Positions 9,550-19,825 of a stretch of 64,000 nucleotides of DNA are shown one piece after another. Both the position numbers and the translations under genes were made by a program. The notes below the pieces were generated by a model, which worked only from the letters and a program-made list of their open reading frames with translations, searched no databases and was not told the DNA's origin. This stretch comes from a virus. Positions within the stretch are counted from its first letter, which is position 1; the number at the start of each line of letters is the position of its first letter. The DNA lies in IMG/VR virus record IMGVR_UViG_3300020463_001735, positions 16,187-80,186 of that record; one strand, given 5' to 3'.

Positions 9550-11054
9550 TGAAAATTTTCGCAGTAGCAGTTAACATTCATGATCATAACACCTATGATG
9601 GTAAGACGCATTTTCTTGCAGAGAGATATACTAGAGCAAAGCATAATCTTAATAGAGAAAATCCGCACGATCCAACTCCTAGTAGAATATTTTACAAAGA
9701 ATATATTGAACCTAAATATGGAAAACAAAATGAAATATTTGCTTTCACAGTTAGCAATCTCGGACAAGAATTTGTTATTGATTATTTAGAAGAAAATTTG
9801 CCTGATAAAAGTTTTTTAGATTTTAATCCTACAAAACTTTGGGACTATTATAAGACAGACAACTACTACTACATTGATCATCACCAAAGTCATGCCGCTT
9901 ATGCATTACTTACAAGCGAATTTAAAGAAAGTGATATTCTTGCTATAGATGGTAGAGGATGGCAATTTAATTGTATCTTCATAGATAAAAATGGATTAAT
10001 CCATAATATTAGCGATAAAGTTTCAATAGGTGGATTATGGAATAGACTATCACAAGATTTAGGCTTTGGATATTTAGGTGCAGGAAAAACAATGGGCTTA
10101 GCCGGATATGGCAAATTTGATTTTGATGTTTACAAAATGGTGCATGAATATATGAAAGATCCAAATCATAAATTACCTAAAGGATCTAGAGATATTTTAT
10201 CAAACATACCAAGAGAAGACATTGCATTTACTTTGCAAAAATATACAATAGATTTAATAAAAAAATATGTTTTTCCTTTAAAAACCTGTAACAATATTTG
10301 TATTGCAGGAGGTGTTGCATACAATGGTTATGTAAACGAAGAATTTACAAATTATTATGATAATGTCCATGTTCCTCCGGCTGCAGGAGATGAAGGTCAA
10401 TCATTAGGAACATATATGCATGCAGATTTTATGCTAAACAACAATGTTCACATACCAACTGTATATGCAGGCGCAGAACATCATATAGATGAAAAAATAT
10501 TCGAAGGTTTAAATTATGAAAAACTTCCTTTCGAAGAAATATGCACACAAGTTGCAGAGGCTATAGATAATGGACAAATAGTAGGATGGTACCAAGGATG
10601 TAGCGAAAGCGGCAACAGAGCTTTAGGCAACAGAAGCATATTAGCAGACCCAAGAGCAGATTACATACAAAAACAAATCAACAATAACGTAAAATTAAGA
10701 GAAGATTTTAGGCCATTTGCACCAAGTGTTTTAGAAGAATATTATCAAGATTACTTTGACACTAATCAACCTAGTCCGTATATGAGTAGAATTATGCCTG
10801 TAAAATCTGACAAGATACCAGGTGTAACACACGTAGACGGAACAGCAAGAATACAAACTGTGAATAGAAAATTTAATCAAAGATACTACGATGTTATTGA
10901 AGCATTTTTCAAATTGACAGGTATACCCATGTTACTGAATACTAGTTTCAATTGCCAAGAACCAATTGTAGAAACTCCTCAAGATGCAGTAAACACTTTT
11001 AACAAATGTGGTTTGACTGTTCTTGTAATAAATGATTATATTGTGAGGAAATAA
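9549..11054 (+). CDS. Carbamoyltransferase (NodU/CmcH/TobZ family)
   Basis: HHQSHA, DGRG, MGLAGYG, AGGVAYN, RALGNRSILADP, REDFRPFAP, LNTSFN. Confidence 0.93.
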   Translation: MKIFAVAVNIHDHNTYDGKTHFLAERYTRAKHNLNRENPHDPTPSRIFYKEYIEPKYGKQNEIFAFTVSNLGQEFVIDYLEENLPDKSFLDFNPTKLWDYYKTDNYYYIDHHQSHAAYALLTSEFKESDILAIDGRGWQFNCIFIDKNGLIHNISDKVSIGGLWNRLSQDLGFGYLGAGKTMGLAGYGKFDFDVYKMVHEYMKDPNHKLPKGSRDILSNIPREDIAFTLQKYTIDLIKKYVFPLKTCNNICIAGGVAYNGYVNEEFTNYYDNVHVPPAAGDEGQSLGTYMHADFMLNNNVHIPTVYAGAEHHIDEKIFEGLNYEKLPFEEICTQVAEAIDNGQIVGWYQGCSESGNRALGNRSILADPRADYIQKQINNNVKLREDFRPFAPSVLEEYYQDYFDTNQPSPYMSRIMPVKSDKIPGVTHVDGTARIQTVNRKFNQRYYDVIEAFFKLTGIPMLLNTSFNCQEPIVETPQDAVNTFNKCGLTVLVINDYIVRK

Positions 11055-12112
11055 TGTTAGATAAAGAAAATTTAAAATTTGTAAAGAATATACTAAGCGT
11101 TACAAATAAAAATGTTGAGTTAGATACAGTAGATAAAATAATGACTTATGCACGTGATGAAGATTATCCGTCATTCTTTAACACTGTGCTTGATTGTTTA
11201 GATAATGATCCTACATTTAGAATAAAATACTTACGTATACTACATAGTATAAAAGATAACAACCAATATGAACTTTTTAAAGACATAATAGGTATAAAAG
11301 ACAATGAAAAAACAGTAACCGAACTTGTAAAAATATTACCTATAATAAAAGCAATTACTGATCAAAACGAATTAGACTTTTTTAATTCTACACTTACTGT
11401 GACAAATCCTACACTTGATGTAGAAACTTTATATAATATACTTAAGACAGTAAAAGATCAGCCAGAACTTAAAGAAGATATATTTGATAGTTTTAGTGAC
11501 AATCAAATTGCATCTAAAACAGCATTATTAAGTCAAATTGATGAATTAAATTTTTTGAACAAAGATAGTAATGTTGTAATTTGGGGTAGTTGGTATGGCA
11601 GTATACTGATTCCACAACTAGTAAATCGTGTGAACAAAGTTGTGTGTATGGACATTGATGAGAAACCTTTAAATATTGCAAAGAATAGATTTTTTACAAA
11701 CTATAGAAACATAGATTATGTCAGCGGAGATGTTTTTGAAAACTACAAAGACATATATCAAAAAGTAAATTTAATTATAAACACATCATGCGAACACATG
11801 AGACCTATGGAAGAATGGCCCTGGTTTAGATTTAGTTCAATGGAGACAGATGCTGTACATCCTAAAGGATACGCTGACGACAAACCACACAGACGAAAAG
11901 TTTATCAATCAGCAAAACTATCAAGTGACTGTTACTTTGCTTTTCAATCTAACAATATGTTCGACATACAAGGACACATAAACTGTGTAAATAGTTTAGA
12001 AGAATTTAAAAAGCAATTACCAGAAAGAGCAGAAGTACTATACGAAGATGAAGTAGCCGACACAAGAGGTACTAGATATATGCTAATAGGAAAGTTCAAT
12101 CATTTAGTATAG
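11054..12112 (+). CDS. Class I SAM-dependent methyltransferase-like protein with duplicated N-terminal region
   Basis: VIWGSWYG motif I variant, MDID, INTSCEHM. Confidence 0.7.
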   Translation: MLDKENLKFVKNILSVTNKNVELDTVDKIMTYARDEDYPSFFNTVLDCLDNDPTFRIKYLRILHSIKDNNQYELFKDIIGIKDNEKTVTELVKILPIIKAITDQNELDFFNSTLTVTNPTLDVETLYNILKTVKDQPELKEDIFDSFSDNQIASKTALLSQIDELNFLNKDSNVVIWGSWYGSILIPQLVNRVNKVVCMDIDEKPLNIAKNRFFTNYRNIDYVSGDVFENYKDIYQKVNLIINTSCEHMRPMEEWPWFRFSSMETDAVHPKGYADDKPHRRKVYQSAKLSSDCYFAFQSNNMFDIQGHINCVNSLEEFKKQLPERAEVLYEDEVADTRGTRYMLIGKFNHLV

Positions 12113-12758
12113 TATTATACATATTGTAAGCAATAAGATTTTGTGTTTGTGGTCCAGGATGTCTACCATCGCTGGCATGATCTAAAAAAATATATTCAGG
12201 ATTATGAGTTTCACAAAAATTAATATATCGTATATTCACTTCATTCCAATCCGGTTCTTGAATATTGTTAAACGGTAATTCTGTCCAAATAAAATGATAA
12301 TTTTTTACACCTTTTTTATCTAGAAACAATTTTGAAAAATTAATGGCTGAATAGCTTTCTACATTTTGATTTAGATCAAAATATAAAGTTTTATAAAATG
12401 ATTTTGCCATTTTTCTTTTCAATGGATTTTTTTGTAATGTAATAGAAGATGGTTGTATGTCAATCCATCTTTTTTCATCTGTATAAAAAGTAGTTCTAGC
12501 AAAATCTGTCCAAAGTATTACAGCAATGTCATCTTTTTTATATTTTTGTTGTACAATTAAATTACAAATGTTTTTATTGCTAGTTCCAGGAAATCCTAAA
12601 TTTTTTACCGGCATCATATTTAAGAATTTACTTAGACAGGTAGGCCAAGCATATTTACTTGGATAGGGAGATCTCCCATTATTACTATTAAGACAGTCTA
12701 TCAAACCCTCACCATAAGTAATACTACATCCGAATGCCATTATTCTTTCAATGTTCAT
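12096..12758 (-). CDS. SGNH/GDSL-like protein
   Basis: FGCSITYG, NLGFPGTSN, DGRHPG. Confidence 0.7.
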   Translation of the reverse strand: MNIERIMAFGCSITYGEGLIDCLNSNNGRSPYPSKYAWPTCLSKFLNMMPVKNLGFPGTSNKNICNLIVQQKYKKDDIAVILWTDFARTTFYTDEKRWIDIQPSSITLQKNPLKRKMAKSFYKTLYFDLNQNVESYSAINFSKLFLDKKGVKNYHFIWTELPFNNIQEPDWNEVNIRYINFCETHNPEYIFLDHASDGRHPGPQTQNLIAYNMYNTILND

Positions 12759-13408
12759 TTTATAATTCCATATACTTGTGAGGCTAGATTATCATGTGCT
12801 TTTAAACCTGGATGCATATTATCTGCTCCATAATCATCTAATAACTTTAAATTTTTTATAGGAGATAAAAACCAATTAGGAACAAAATCAAGTTCTGATG
12901 ATATCATTTTTTTATCTCTACTAAAAGTAAAGTTATAAACTTTTACACCATAATTAATTAAATATCTATAACTATGATCGATAGCTACATATGTTTCATT
13001 TTGTGAATTAAATTCATTAAAAAGATGTGTATAAAATATTTTATTTAAATTTCTTCTAGCTGGTAGATTTCCTTTTCTTTTCTCAGTATAACTAGGCATA
13101 AACTGATAAGGGCTCTTTTTTTTGCTATGTAAAAAACAAGTTCTATTATGGTGTGTCCATAACACAACCACTGTATCATTTTTGTTTAAATCTGCATCTA
13201 ATATAGAATGCTGTATTTCTTTGTTTGATGCACCACACACTGCATAATTTATACACTCTAAAGATAACTTGTCGGCAAGTAAGTATGGCCAAGAAAATTT
13301 GCTTGGAGGTGGAATAGGTATACCTGGTTTATTTAATGTGCCAATGCAATCTGGTAAACCCTCTCCGTATGTATGACTACATCCGAATGCTATGAGTCTA
13401 TTCATCAA
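12755..13408 (-). CDS. SGNH/GDSL-like protein
   Basis: FGCSHTYG, NYAVCGASN, DNMHPG; tandem paralog of 12096..12758. Confidence 0.7.
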   Translation of the reverse strand: MMNRLIAFGCSHTYGEGLPDCIGTLNKPGIPIPPPSKFSWPYLLADKLSLECINYAVCGASNKEIQHSILDADLNKNDTVVVLWTHHNRTCFLHSKKKSPYQFMPSYTEKRKGNLPARRNLNKIFYTHLFNEFNSQNETYVAIDHSYRYLINYGVKVYNFTFSRDKKMISSELDFVPNWFLSPIKNLKLLDDYGADNMHPGLKAHDNLASQVYGIIK

Positions 13409-14072
13409 ACTTTTCCCTCAACCATTCAAAATTATTAATTAACCCAAGATCAGACCTCCTAGAAAGGCCAAACTCCATACCAGCGGTAGCGCCTGCCAAA
13501 GCGTATTCGCCATATGGTCTATCGTGTCCCACGGTTGTCCAAGTTTTGAGTCTTTCTTCAGTTTCATTATGTACCTGCCTTTCTATTGTTTTACTTGCTA
13601 ATTTTGCACATTCTCTAAAAGCACTGCGCCATGTGCTAAATTTGTCTGTATTAAAACACGTGATATTGCTTATTTTTTCAACCACACAGAAGTTTTTGCT
13701 AATACTTGTTGTCATATCATTAGTATTTTTATCCATTTCTAAAACTAATTTTCTTGGAAGTAATTTAATACCACCGTATCCGTAGACTAAATTATTTATT
13801 GGATTTATACTTTGCCAAACATATACAGTGTCATAACAAACATTAAAATTTTGTTTGAAATTTTCATCAAAATTAAAACTAGGCACGATATCTGCATCAC
13901 CATCTATTACATAAAACATTTTTGTATCACAAAGTTCTGCGGCTTTTACATGTGCATTATGTATTCCTTGTACATTGTCAATACGTTTTATAAAAGGAAT
14001 TATTTTTTTAAGTTTGCTAAACCTTTGTTCTTTGTCTGGTTCTTTGTAACTTATGTATACAACATCAAACAT
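13398..14072 (-). CDS. GT-A fold glycosyltransferase-like protein
   Basis: ISYKEP, AH, IDGD (DxD), YGYGG, WRSAFRE; paralog of 15495..16376. Confidence 0.6.
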   Translation of the reverse strand: MFDVVYISYKEPDKEQRFSKLKKIIPFIKRIDNVQGIHNAHVKAAELCDTKMFYVIDGDADIVPSFNFDENFKQNFNVCYDTVYVWQSINPINNLVYGYGGIKLLPRKLVLEMDKNTNDMTTSISKNFCVVEKISNITCFNTDKFSTWRSAFRECAKLASKTIERQVHNETEERLKTWTTVGHDRPYGEYALAGATAGMEFGLSRRSDLGLINNFEWLREKFDE

Positions 14073-15498
14073 TTACAAAAGCCCATTCGTCAAAGTAAGA
14101 TACAAATTCAGGAAATGTTTGTTTAAAATTAGTGCCTCTTCGCTTGTCATACTCTGTAATATATTCAACAAAGTTGTATCTTGTAAGTTGTAAATCTTTA
14201 GGATCTGCTTTGTTTTGTAACTCAATTACACTGTTATATATACGCATAATTTTTTCACTTTCATTCGGCCATTGATCAGTAGGAGCTGAATCATATGCAT
14301 CTTGTAGTGTTTTTATAATTTTTTTCATATATCTATCTAATATCTTTCTTGGTGTAATCATTATATCTAAAAATTTAGGATTTCTTACATAGGCAAAATC
14401 CATGGTAATAGTAGGTGAATGTTTTCTTAAATCATTAATATCGTTTATCATTAGATGCAGTGTAGTTGTGCTTAACATATTGACTGCACACATAATGCTT
14501 AGTTTAACACTTTTTGTATTACTTACAAGCATTTTTAAGTTTTTCAACCATAGGTCATAGTCCATACCAAATCTTACATAATTATTTTGTTCACCTTTTG
14601 CTTCTGCACTAGTATAAATTGTAAAACTTTTAATACTTTTAGTATCTTCTAAAATGTTAATTTTGTTAATAAAACTTTTCCATATTTTATGGGGAGGACA
14701 TGCATTAGTATTGATAGCGAACTCTAAATTAGGTTGAGGATTCTCTAGAAGATAGTCTATTACTTTCATAGTGTGTTTACTTAATAAAGGTTCTCCACCT
14801 GTAATTCTAAATACATGCATGTGTTTTACTGCTTCAGGAAACCATTTCCAAAATGCCTCTATATAAGGATTGTGTTCTCTTTCCAAATATTGTACCTCAT
14901 CAGGATTTATAAAACCAAATTCTCTTTTGTTTCCTTTGTAATCTGTATATTTGTAAGTTCCTTTTTCTTTTACTTCTTCAGTCCATTTGCTACTAAAAGC
15001 TGGTCCGCAGTAAGCACACTTAAAATTACACACATTACTAAAACTTATTTCAACATATTTCGGAAATATATTTTCATTGCCCTTGCTTTCCATTATTTCA
15101 TGTAAATAGGGAATACTCCAGTCTTGTATGCTTTTTGTAATTCGATCACTAAAATGATTGCTGTTATCTTCAATACGCCAACAGTAATCACATTCTACAG
15201 GACGTTCACCGTTAAGCATTTCTTGTCTTCGTTCTTTTTTAAATTCTGTATTATGTAATGCACCTGGATCTTTTTCAAGCTCGTCAAGTTTAATTTTATG
15301 TGCACCTACGTGATGACAACTGTGTGTGATACCACTACCTAAATGTGTTGTCACTTGAGTCCATTTTGCTAAACAAAATCCAGGACCAACGGCATCTAAA
15401 GAATCTTTAAGTAATTCTAATTTACGCGGATCATTTTTGTCAAATTTAAGTCGTTTTGCAAGACTTTTTGCTTTTACACGTTGCCATTCAGCTTTCAC
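14065..15498 (-). CDS. Twitch-domain radical SAM protein
   Basis: FCLAKW...SCHH...CDYCW; CNFKCAYC; TGGEP. Confidence 0.9.
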   Translation of the reverse strand: MKAEWQRVKAKSLAKRLKFDKNDPRKLELLKDSLDAVGPGFCLAKWTQVTTHLGSGITHSCHHVGAHKIKLDELEKDPGALHNTEFKKERRQEMLNGERPVECDYCWRIEDNSNHFSDRITKSIQDWSIPYLHEIMESKGNENIFPKYVEISFSNVCNFKCAYCGPAFSSKWTEEVKEKGTYKYTDYKGNKREFGFINPDEVQYLEREHNPYIEAFWKWFPEAVKHMHVFRITGGEPLLSKHTMKVIDYLLENPQPNLEFAINTNACPPHKIWKSFINKINILEDTKSIKSFTIYTSAEAKGEQNNYVRFGMDYDLWLKNLKMLVSNTKSVKLSIMCAVNMLSTTTLHLMINDINDLRKHSPTITMDFAYVRNPKFLDIMITPRKILDRYMKKIIKTLQDAYDSAPTDQWPNESEKIMRIYNSVIELQNKADPKDLQLTRYNFVEYITEYDKRRGTNFKQTFPEFVSYFDEWAFVNV

Positions 15499-16376
15499 CG
15501 TATTCTCCTAGCTGGAGGTGCGTACACTGTTTTAAAGAATTTACTTTGTTCCTCATCTAATGCAACTTTACTGATAGGTAATCCTTGCTGTTGTAATACT
15601 TCGCCATATTCAGCAATCTTTTGTTCTACAGGACAATCTTTAATCTCATTCCAGTATTCATTAAGCCATTTGAAATCTCTTGTTACAGAATGATCCCAAT
15701 CGGTTGCAAGTATCTTTTGGCAACCATCTCTAGCACCCATTATAGCATAAAGTCCATTATTAACATCTGCACCAACATTCAACCAAACAAGTAGTCTATT
15801 GTAATTTTGCCACCAAGTATTATTTGCAAGATCCTCTACCTTTGCACCTCTGTTTAGCGACATTTTGACACCTTCTCGAAATCCTGCTCTCCAAGCCTGA
15901 TGTGGTGTTGCACTAATAATGCTGGTTGAATAGTTTTCGTTTAGTTGGTAATAGTTATCAAAGTAACAAAATTCTATTAATGTATCGTCAGACCCGTCTG
16001 TGTTTTCATGTGTCTTCATATTCGCAACAAAATCCTTTGTCCACATTTTTAAACTTCCGTTACCGTATCTCAAACCATTTATGTCAATGTTACCACACCA
16101 GCTGAATTGGTAATCATCATCTACTCCCAATTCATCTAAGTCTAAAACAACATTTAAAAATTTTGGATCAATAACAGTATCACCATCTACGGTTACAAAG
16201 TGTTTTGTTTCTGATATATCTGCACAGGCTTTATGTGCCGCATCTGAGCCGTCTACTCCGTGTATGCGTTTGGCATAAGGCACTTTCGTAAGTATATCTG
16301 CATAATTTTTTTCTGCATTAGGCTCATCATATGAAAGAAAAACAATATCACAATCTCCAACTTTTATATTATTCAA
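15495..16376 (-). CDS. GT-A fold glycosyltransferase-like protein
   Basis: LSYDEP, VDGD, YGNG, WRAGFREG. Confidence 0.6.
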   Translation of the reverse strand: MNNIKVGDCDIVFLSYDEPNAEKNYADILTKVPYAKRIHGVDGSDAAHKACADISETKHFVTVDGDTVIDPKFLNVVLDLDELGVDDDYQFSWCGNIDINGLRYGNGSLKMWTKDFVANMKTHENTDGSDDTLIEFCYFDNYYQLNENYSTSIISATPHQAWRAGFREGVKMSLNRGAKVEDLANNTWWQNYNRLLVWLNVGADVNNGLYAIMGARDGCQKILATDWDHSVTRDFKWLNEYWNEIKDCPVEQKIAEYGEVLQQQGLPISKVALDEEQSKFFKTVYAPPARRIR

Positions 16377-16884
16377 TTGTTTCTCCTATTGTGTGATAGT
16401 AACTTTGCATATCGGGTTGTGTTATAATCCTGCAATTATCAAAATATTTTGTATCAAACGTAAATGGTCCATCAAAGAAATCTTGATATCTACATTCTAG
16501 TGTACAGTACAATTTGTTTGCGTTATTTAAGTGTATTACAAAAAACTTTTTAAAAGTTTGAGAAGGCGGCAGTTTATCAATGCTAAATGTATGTGTAATG
16601 CTGTAACATTTTAATTTTGGATTTTGAATAATATATATGCTGTTGGGTTTTTTATTATCCGACATTTCTACTGTGAATACATTGCTGTGTAAAGTTTGTT
16701 TGCCGTCTTTTTTCTCCATTACATAGTCATGTTTTTTCACAACTATATAATCATCAATATTTTCTACTGCATCTGCAAACTTTTCATACATCTCAGCACT
16801 TATTTCTAAATACTGCAATATGTTATCAGTTTCATTAGTAATTTTTAATATTTTACCTGTGCTATCAAAACCAACATACAACAT
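16369..16884 (-). CDS. Hypothetical protein
   Basis: 171-aa ORF overlapping its neighbours in the operon. Confidence 0.6.
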   Translation of the reverse strand: MLYVGFDSTGKILKITNETDNILQYLEISAEMYEKFADAVENIDDYIVVKKHDYVMEKKDGKQTLHSNVFTVEMSDNKKPNSIYIIQNPKLKCYSITHTFSIDKLPPSQTFKKFFVIHLNNANKLYCTLECRYQDFFDGPFTFDTKYFDNCRIITQPDMQSYYHTIGETIE

Positions 16885-17693
16885 TATTTAAAATGCTCCA
16901 ACAATTCATCTGTGAGAAATTCATCTTCCACATAATGTAACACACCTTTTTGTGTGAAGTTACCTAAATATATATTATCATCCAAATAGACATCAAGATA
17001 ATCAGTCCATTTTTCTGGAACATTTTCCCAATGTTGTGCGTGGGGTTTCATATGTGTAAAAGTAAGTGGCATTTTTAAATTAGGTAAGTCTAAAAGTTTA
17101 TATGCAATAGCACAATTCAAATCAAAACTTTGCCAATTTTGTTTTCTCTTAGGTGCAAATTGTTTATAAAAAATTTGCCAGTCTTTGCTGATAATTTCCA
17201 CTAATAGGAAAAATTCTTTTGCAATATTATTTTTTTTAAAATAGTACAATCCACTATACAAATTAGGTAAATTATTTGCAACAAAAGTTTTTCTATAGTA
17301 ATTTGTCGATACAACATCTTTTCTGTACGTAACGACATCTGTTGTAAATGCTACACTGTGTTCACTACATTTATACCACCAATCAGATATATCTTCAAGA
17401 ATTAACATGTCTGCATCCATTACGATAGTATTTTCATAAGGTGTTAAATGATAAACTTTCCATCTATTTTCTATTTTCCAGTCACTATTCACTGCAAGAT
17501 TTCCCCAAGGAATAGGAATAATTTTGTCAAATACATCTTTATATTCATTCGGTACGTTATCGTCTGTAATTAAGCTAACATTTTGATTTCTATTGTTTTT
17601 GTGTATACTACATGCTAATGCATATGCTTGTCGTACATAGTCTGTTTTATAATTATTTTCTGCTAGTATACAAAATCCATTATTCATTTGCAA
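16884..17693 (-). CDS. GT8-like glycosyltransferase
   Basis: TPYENTIVMDADM (DxD), YSGLYYFKK, HMK. Confidence 0.65.
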   Translation of the reverse strand: MQMNNGFCILAENNYKTDYVRQAYALACSIHKNNRNQNVSLITDDNVPNEYKDVFDKIIPIPWGNLAVNSDWKIENRWKVYHLTPYENTIVMDADMLILEDISDWWYKCSEHSVAFTTDVVTYRKDVVSTNYYRKTFVANNLPNLYSGLYYFKKNNIAKEFFLLVEIISKDWQIFYKQFAPKRKQNWQSFDLNCAIAYKLLDLPNLKMPLTFTHMKPHAQHWENVPEKWTDYLDVYLDDNIYLGNFTQKGVLHYVEDEFLTDELLEHFK

Positions 17694-18519
17694 AATCCTT
17701 ATCTATGTATCTATCCAAACTAAATTTATTCATTACATGCAAATCAGATCCTTTTATTGTACAAGCAAGTTCATTTTTGTCTTGTTGTAAAAGTAAAATC
17801 ATTTTTGTATCTTCTATATCTATAAGTGTATCTTTTCCTGTAATCATATACAGTGTAGGTAATACTTTGGGCCAGGCAACTGATTCATGGTTACTAAGTA
17901 TGTGGAGTGCAATGCTAAATGCAAAATCATTTCTGTATGTGTTAGAAACAATATTATACAATAATTTATAATAGCTCCAATTATCTCTTATATGTTCTAT
18001 TAGATTAAAAAGTATTTTAGTTTTGTTTGTTTTTTTAAAATAAAATACTGTAGCCCAATACATTGGAATACTTGTGTTGCTTACTAATAATTCTGCAGAA
18101 TTGTCTCTTGTGGTATTACAATCAAATGCTAATCTGTTAATTAAAAAATTGTGATTAGTTTTGAAGCATTGTAAAATACTTTTACTATTAACAACAAAGT
18201 CTGTATCTATTACCAATGTATGTTCATAAGGTGTTAAATCATAGCAAGATGCACGAGAAAAATTTTTCCAAGTAGCATCTATATATGAACTTCCGTCATA
18301 AAATTTTTTTTGTTGTGTTTCATAAGATGGTTCTACTTGTATTACTTTGTTGATATATTTTTTATAAAAAGGAAATTTTTTAAGTTGTTCAGCACTATCT
18401 GTAACTAGTGTGACGTGTAATTTTGTAAAACTTTTTACACGCTTCGCACAAAAGATTGCTTGCTTTACATAATCTATTTGTTCATTATTATTAGCAAACA
18501 GCAAAACACCTTTGTTCAT
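17680..18519 (-). CDS. GT8-like glycosyltransferase
   Basis: TPYEHTLVIDTDF, WATVFYFKK, RNDFAFS, HVMNK; paralog of 16884..17693. Confidence 0.65.
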   Translation of the reverse strand: MNKGVLLFANNNEQIDYVKQAIFCAKRVKSFTKLHVTLVTDSAEQLKKFPFYKKYINKVIQVEPSYETQQKKFYDGSSYIDATWKNFSRASCYDLTPYEHTLVIDTDFVVNSKSILQCFKTNHNFLINRLAFDCNTTRDNSAELLVSNTSIPMYWATVFYFKKTNKTKILFNLIEHIRDNWSYYKLLYNIVSNTYRNDFAFSIALHILSNHESVAWPKVLPTLYMITGKDTLIDIEDTKMILLLQQDKNELACTIKGSDLHVMNKFSLDRYIDKDFANE

Positions 18520-18860
18520 TAATCTAATAATCCCTTAATTTTTTTATTACTTTTAAACTTGTTGTATGCAATTAAATATTTGTTAGTGCTTTGTATATAA
18601 ACATCAACAATATCATCAATAAATTGTTTTGGATTTTTAATTTCTACAGGTATGCTGTTACTATCAAGTAATACTAAAGGTTTTTCTTTTGAAAGTATAA
18701 AATTGCAAAATGTAATTAAGTCAGGAGTAACTTCAAACGCACAACCATCTTGATAATGATAACAATTATCTTGGTATTGTTTTAAAAGTATATTTTTTTG
18801 ATTTTGTAATGTTTGCGAAAAATTAGCAAACTCTAATGCTTTTTCTAACTTTGAATCCAT
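18519..18860 (-). CDS. Hypothetical protein, first gene of the glycosyltransferase operon
   Basis: GGAGG RBS and a sigma70-type promoter upstream. Confidence 0.75.
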   Translation of the reverse strand: MDSKLEKALEFANFSQTLQNQKNILLKQYQDNCYHYQDGCAFEVTPDLITFCNFILSKEKPLVLLDSNSIPVEIKNPKQFIDDIVDVYIQSTNKYLIAYNKFKSNKKIKGLLD

Positions 18861-18879
18861 AAAATCCTCCTATAGCTAT

Positions 18880-18908
18880 AGTATACAGGAAGTAATGATA
18901 AAAGTCAA
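18880..18908 (-). promoter_or_regulatory. Sigma70-type promoter
   Basis: TTGACT-N17-TATACT. Confidence 0.75.
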
Positions 18909-18914
18909 GAATTA

Positions 18915-19751
18915 TTAAAGTGTAGATTGATTGGTATATGTTGGTGCTGATAAAGAAACGTTTGAACCAGATGCTCTTAAATGTTGTACATTACTTGTGG
19001 TTGTGCCTGTAACGTTTTCATCTGGATTACCACCTTTGTCGTCTTGTAAATATATTCTAAACAATATAGCACCAGTTTGACTTAGAGCTGAAATAATATA
19101 ATCATTTGCCGCATATACACCTGAGCCAGATTTTTGAAATATCTGTTGATAGCTACCAGTTAAATCTTGTTGACCTATACTTGTTCCTGAGCCAGATCCT
19201 GTAGATGTTGTATTGGTGTAGTTCATTTTTATAGTACCCATGTTTGCTAACATATTACGCCAATCAACATTAATTGAACTAGATCCGCCGGATTGACTAG
19301 CAGTAAACCTAATTTCTCCACCTGCTTTAAAAAATTGTGTTTTAGCAATATCAGAACCAAAACTTACTAATACCCTGTGTTCTAATGTTCCATTCCAAGG
19401 CGAAGTTCTTGAACTACTTGTTCCAGATTCAATTGAAAATTGTCCTGATCCAATTGAATATAAATTTGATTCAACAGTGGTCATTACTGTTGCATATTGA
19501 TTTAAATGAGCGGCTAGTATTGTATCGCCCACATCTACGTTAGTAATAGTAGGACCAGTGCCTTGTTGATGGGTATATGCTTTTGTAATATCTGTGCGTA
19601 AATTATCTAACTGATCGTCTGTAATTGTTTGGCCTACTGATACTTGTCCACTTAATAACGATTGTCCGTAGTCTGTACCCATTATGGTGTTAATTCGACT
19701 TTGAACTGTGTTATAATCGCCTGCTGTAATTGTTGCATTTTGGACTGGCAT
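18915..19751 (-). CDS. Putative virion structural or tail-associated protein
   Basis: Ser/Thr/Gly-rich; lies directly after the fibre genes; AGGAG RBS. Confidence 0.5.
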   Translation of the reverse strand: MPVQNATITAGDYNTVQSRINTIMGTDYGQSLLSGQVSVGQTITDDQLDNLRTDITKAYTHQQGTGPTITNVDVGDTILAAHLNQYATVMTTVESNLYSIGSGQFSIESGTSSSRTSPWNGTLEHRVLVSFGSDIAKTQFFKAGGEIRFTASQSGGSSSINVDWRNMLANMGTIKMNYTNTTSTGSGSGTSIGQQDLTGSYQQIFQKSGSGVYAANDYIISALSQTGAILFRIYLQDDKGGNPDENVTGTTTSNVQHLRASGSNVSLSAPTYTNQSTL

Positions 19752-19771
19752 ATAATATCTCCTATTCCTTA

Positions 19772-19800
19772 ATTATAGTACAAACAAAGATTAAAGTCAA
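19772..19800 (-). promoter_or_regulatory. Sigma70-type promoter
   Basis: TTGACT-N17-TATAAT. Confidence 0.75.
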
Positions 19801-19825
19801 CACTTTTTATTAACTACGTATTTAT

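Noticed and set aside
164-18860. Stop-codon reassignment or selenocysteine readthrough
   Set aside because: Genes tile fully under the standard code, and TGA stops mostly occur as ATGA coupling overlaps
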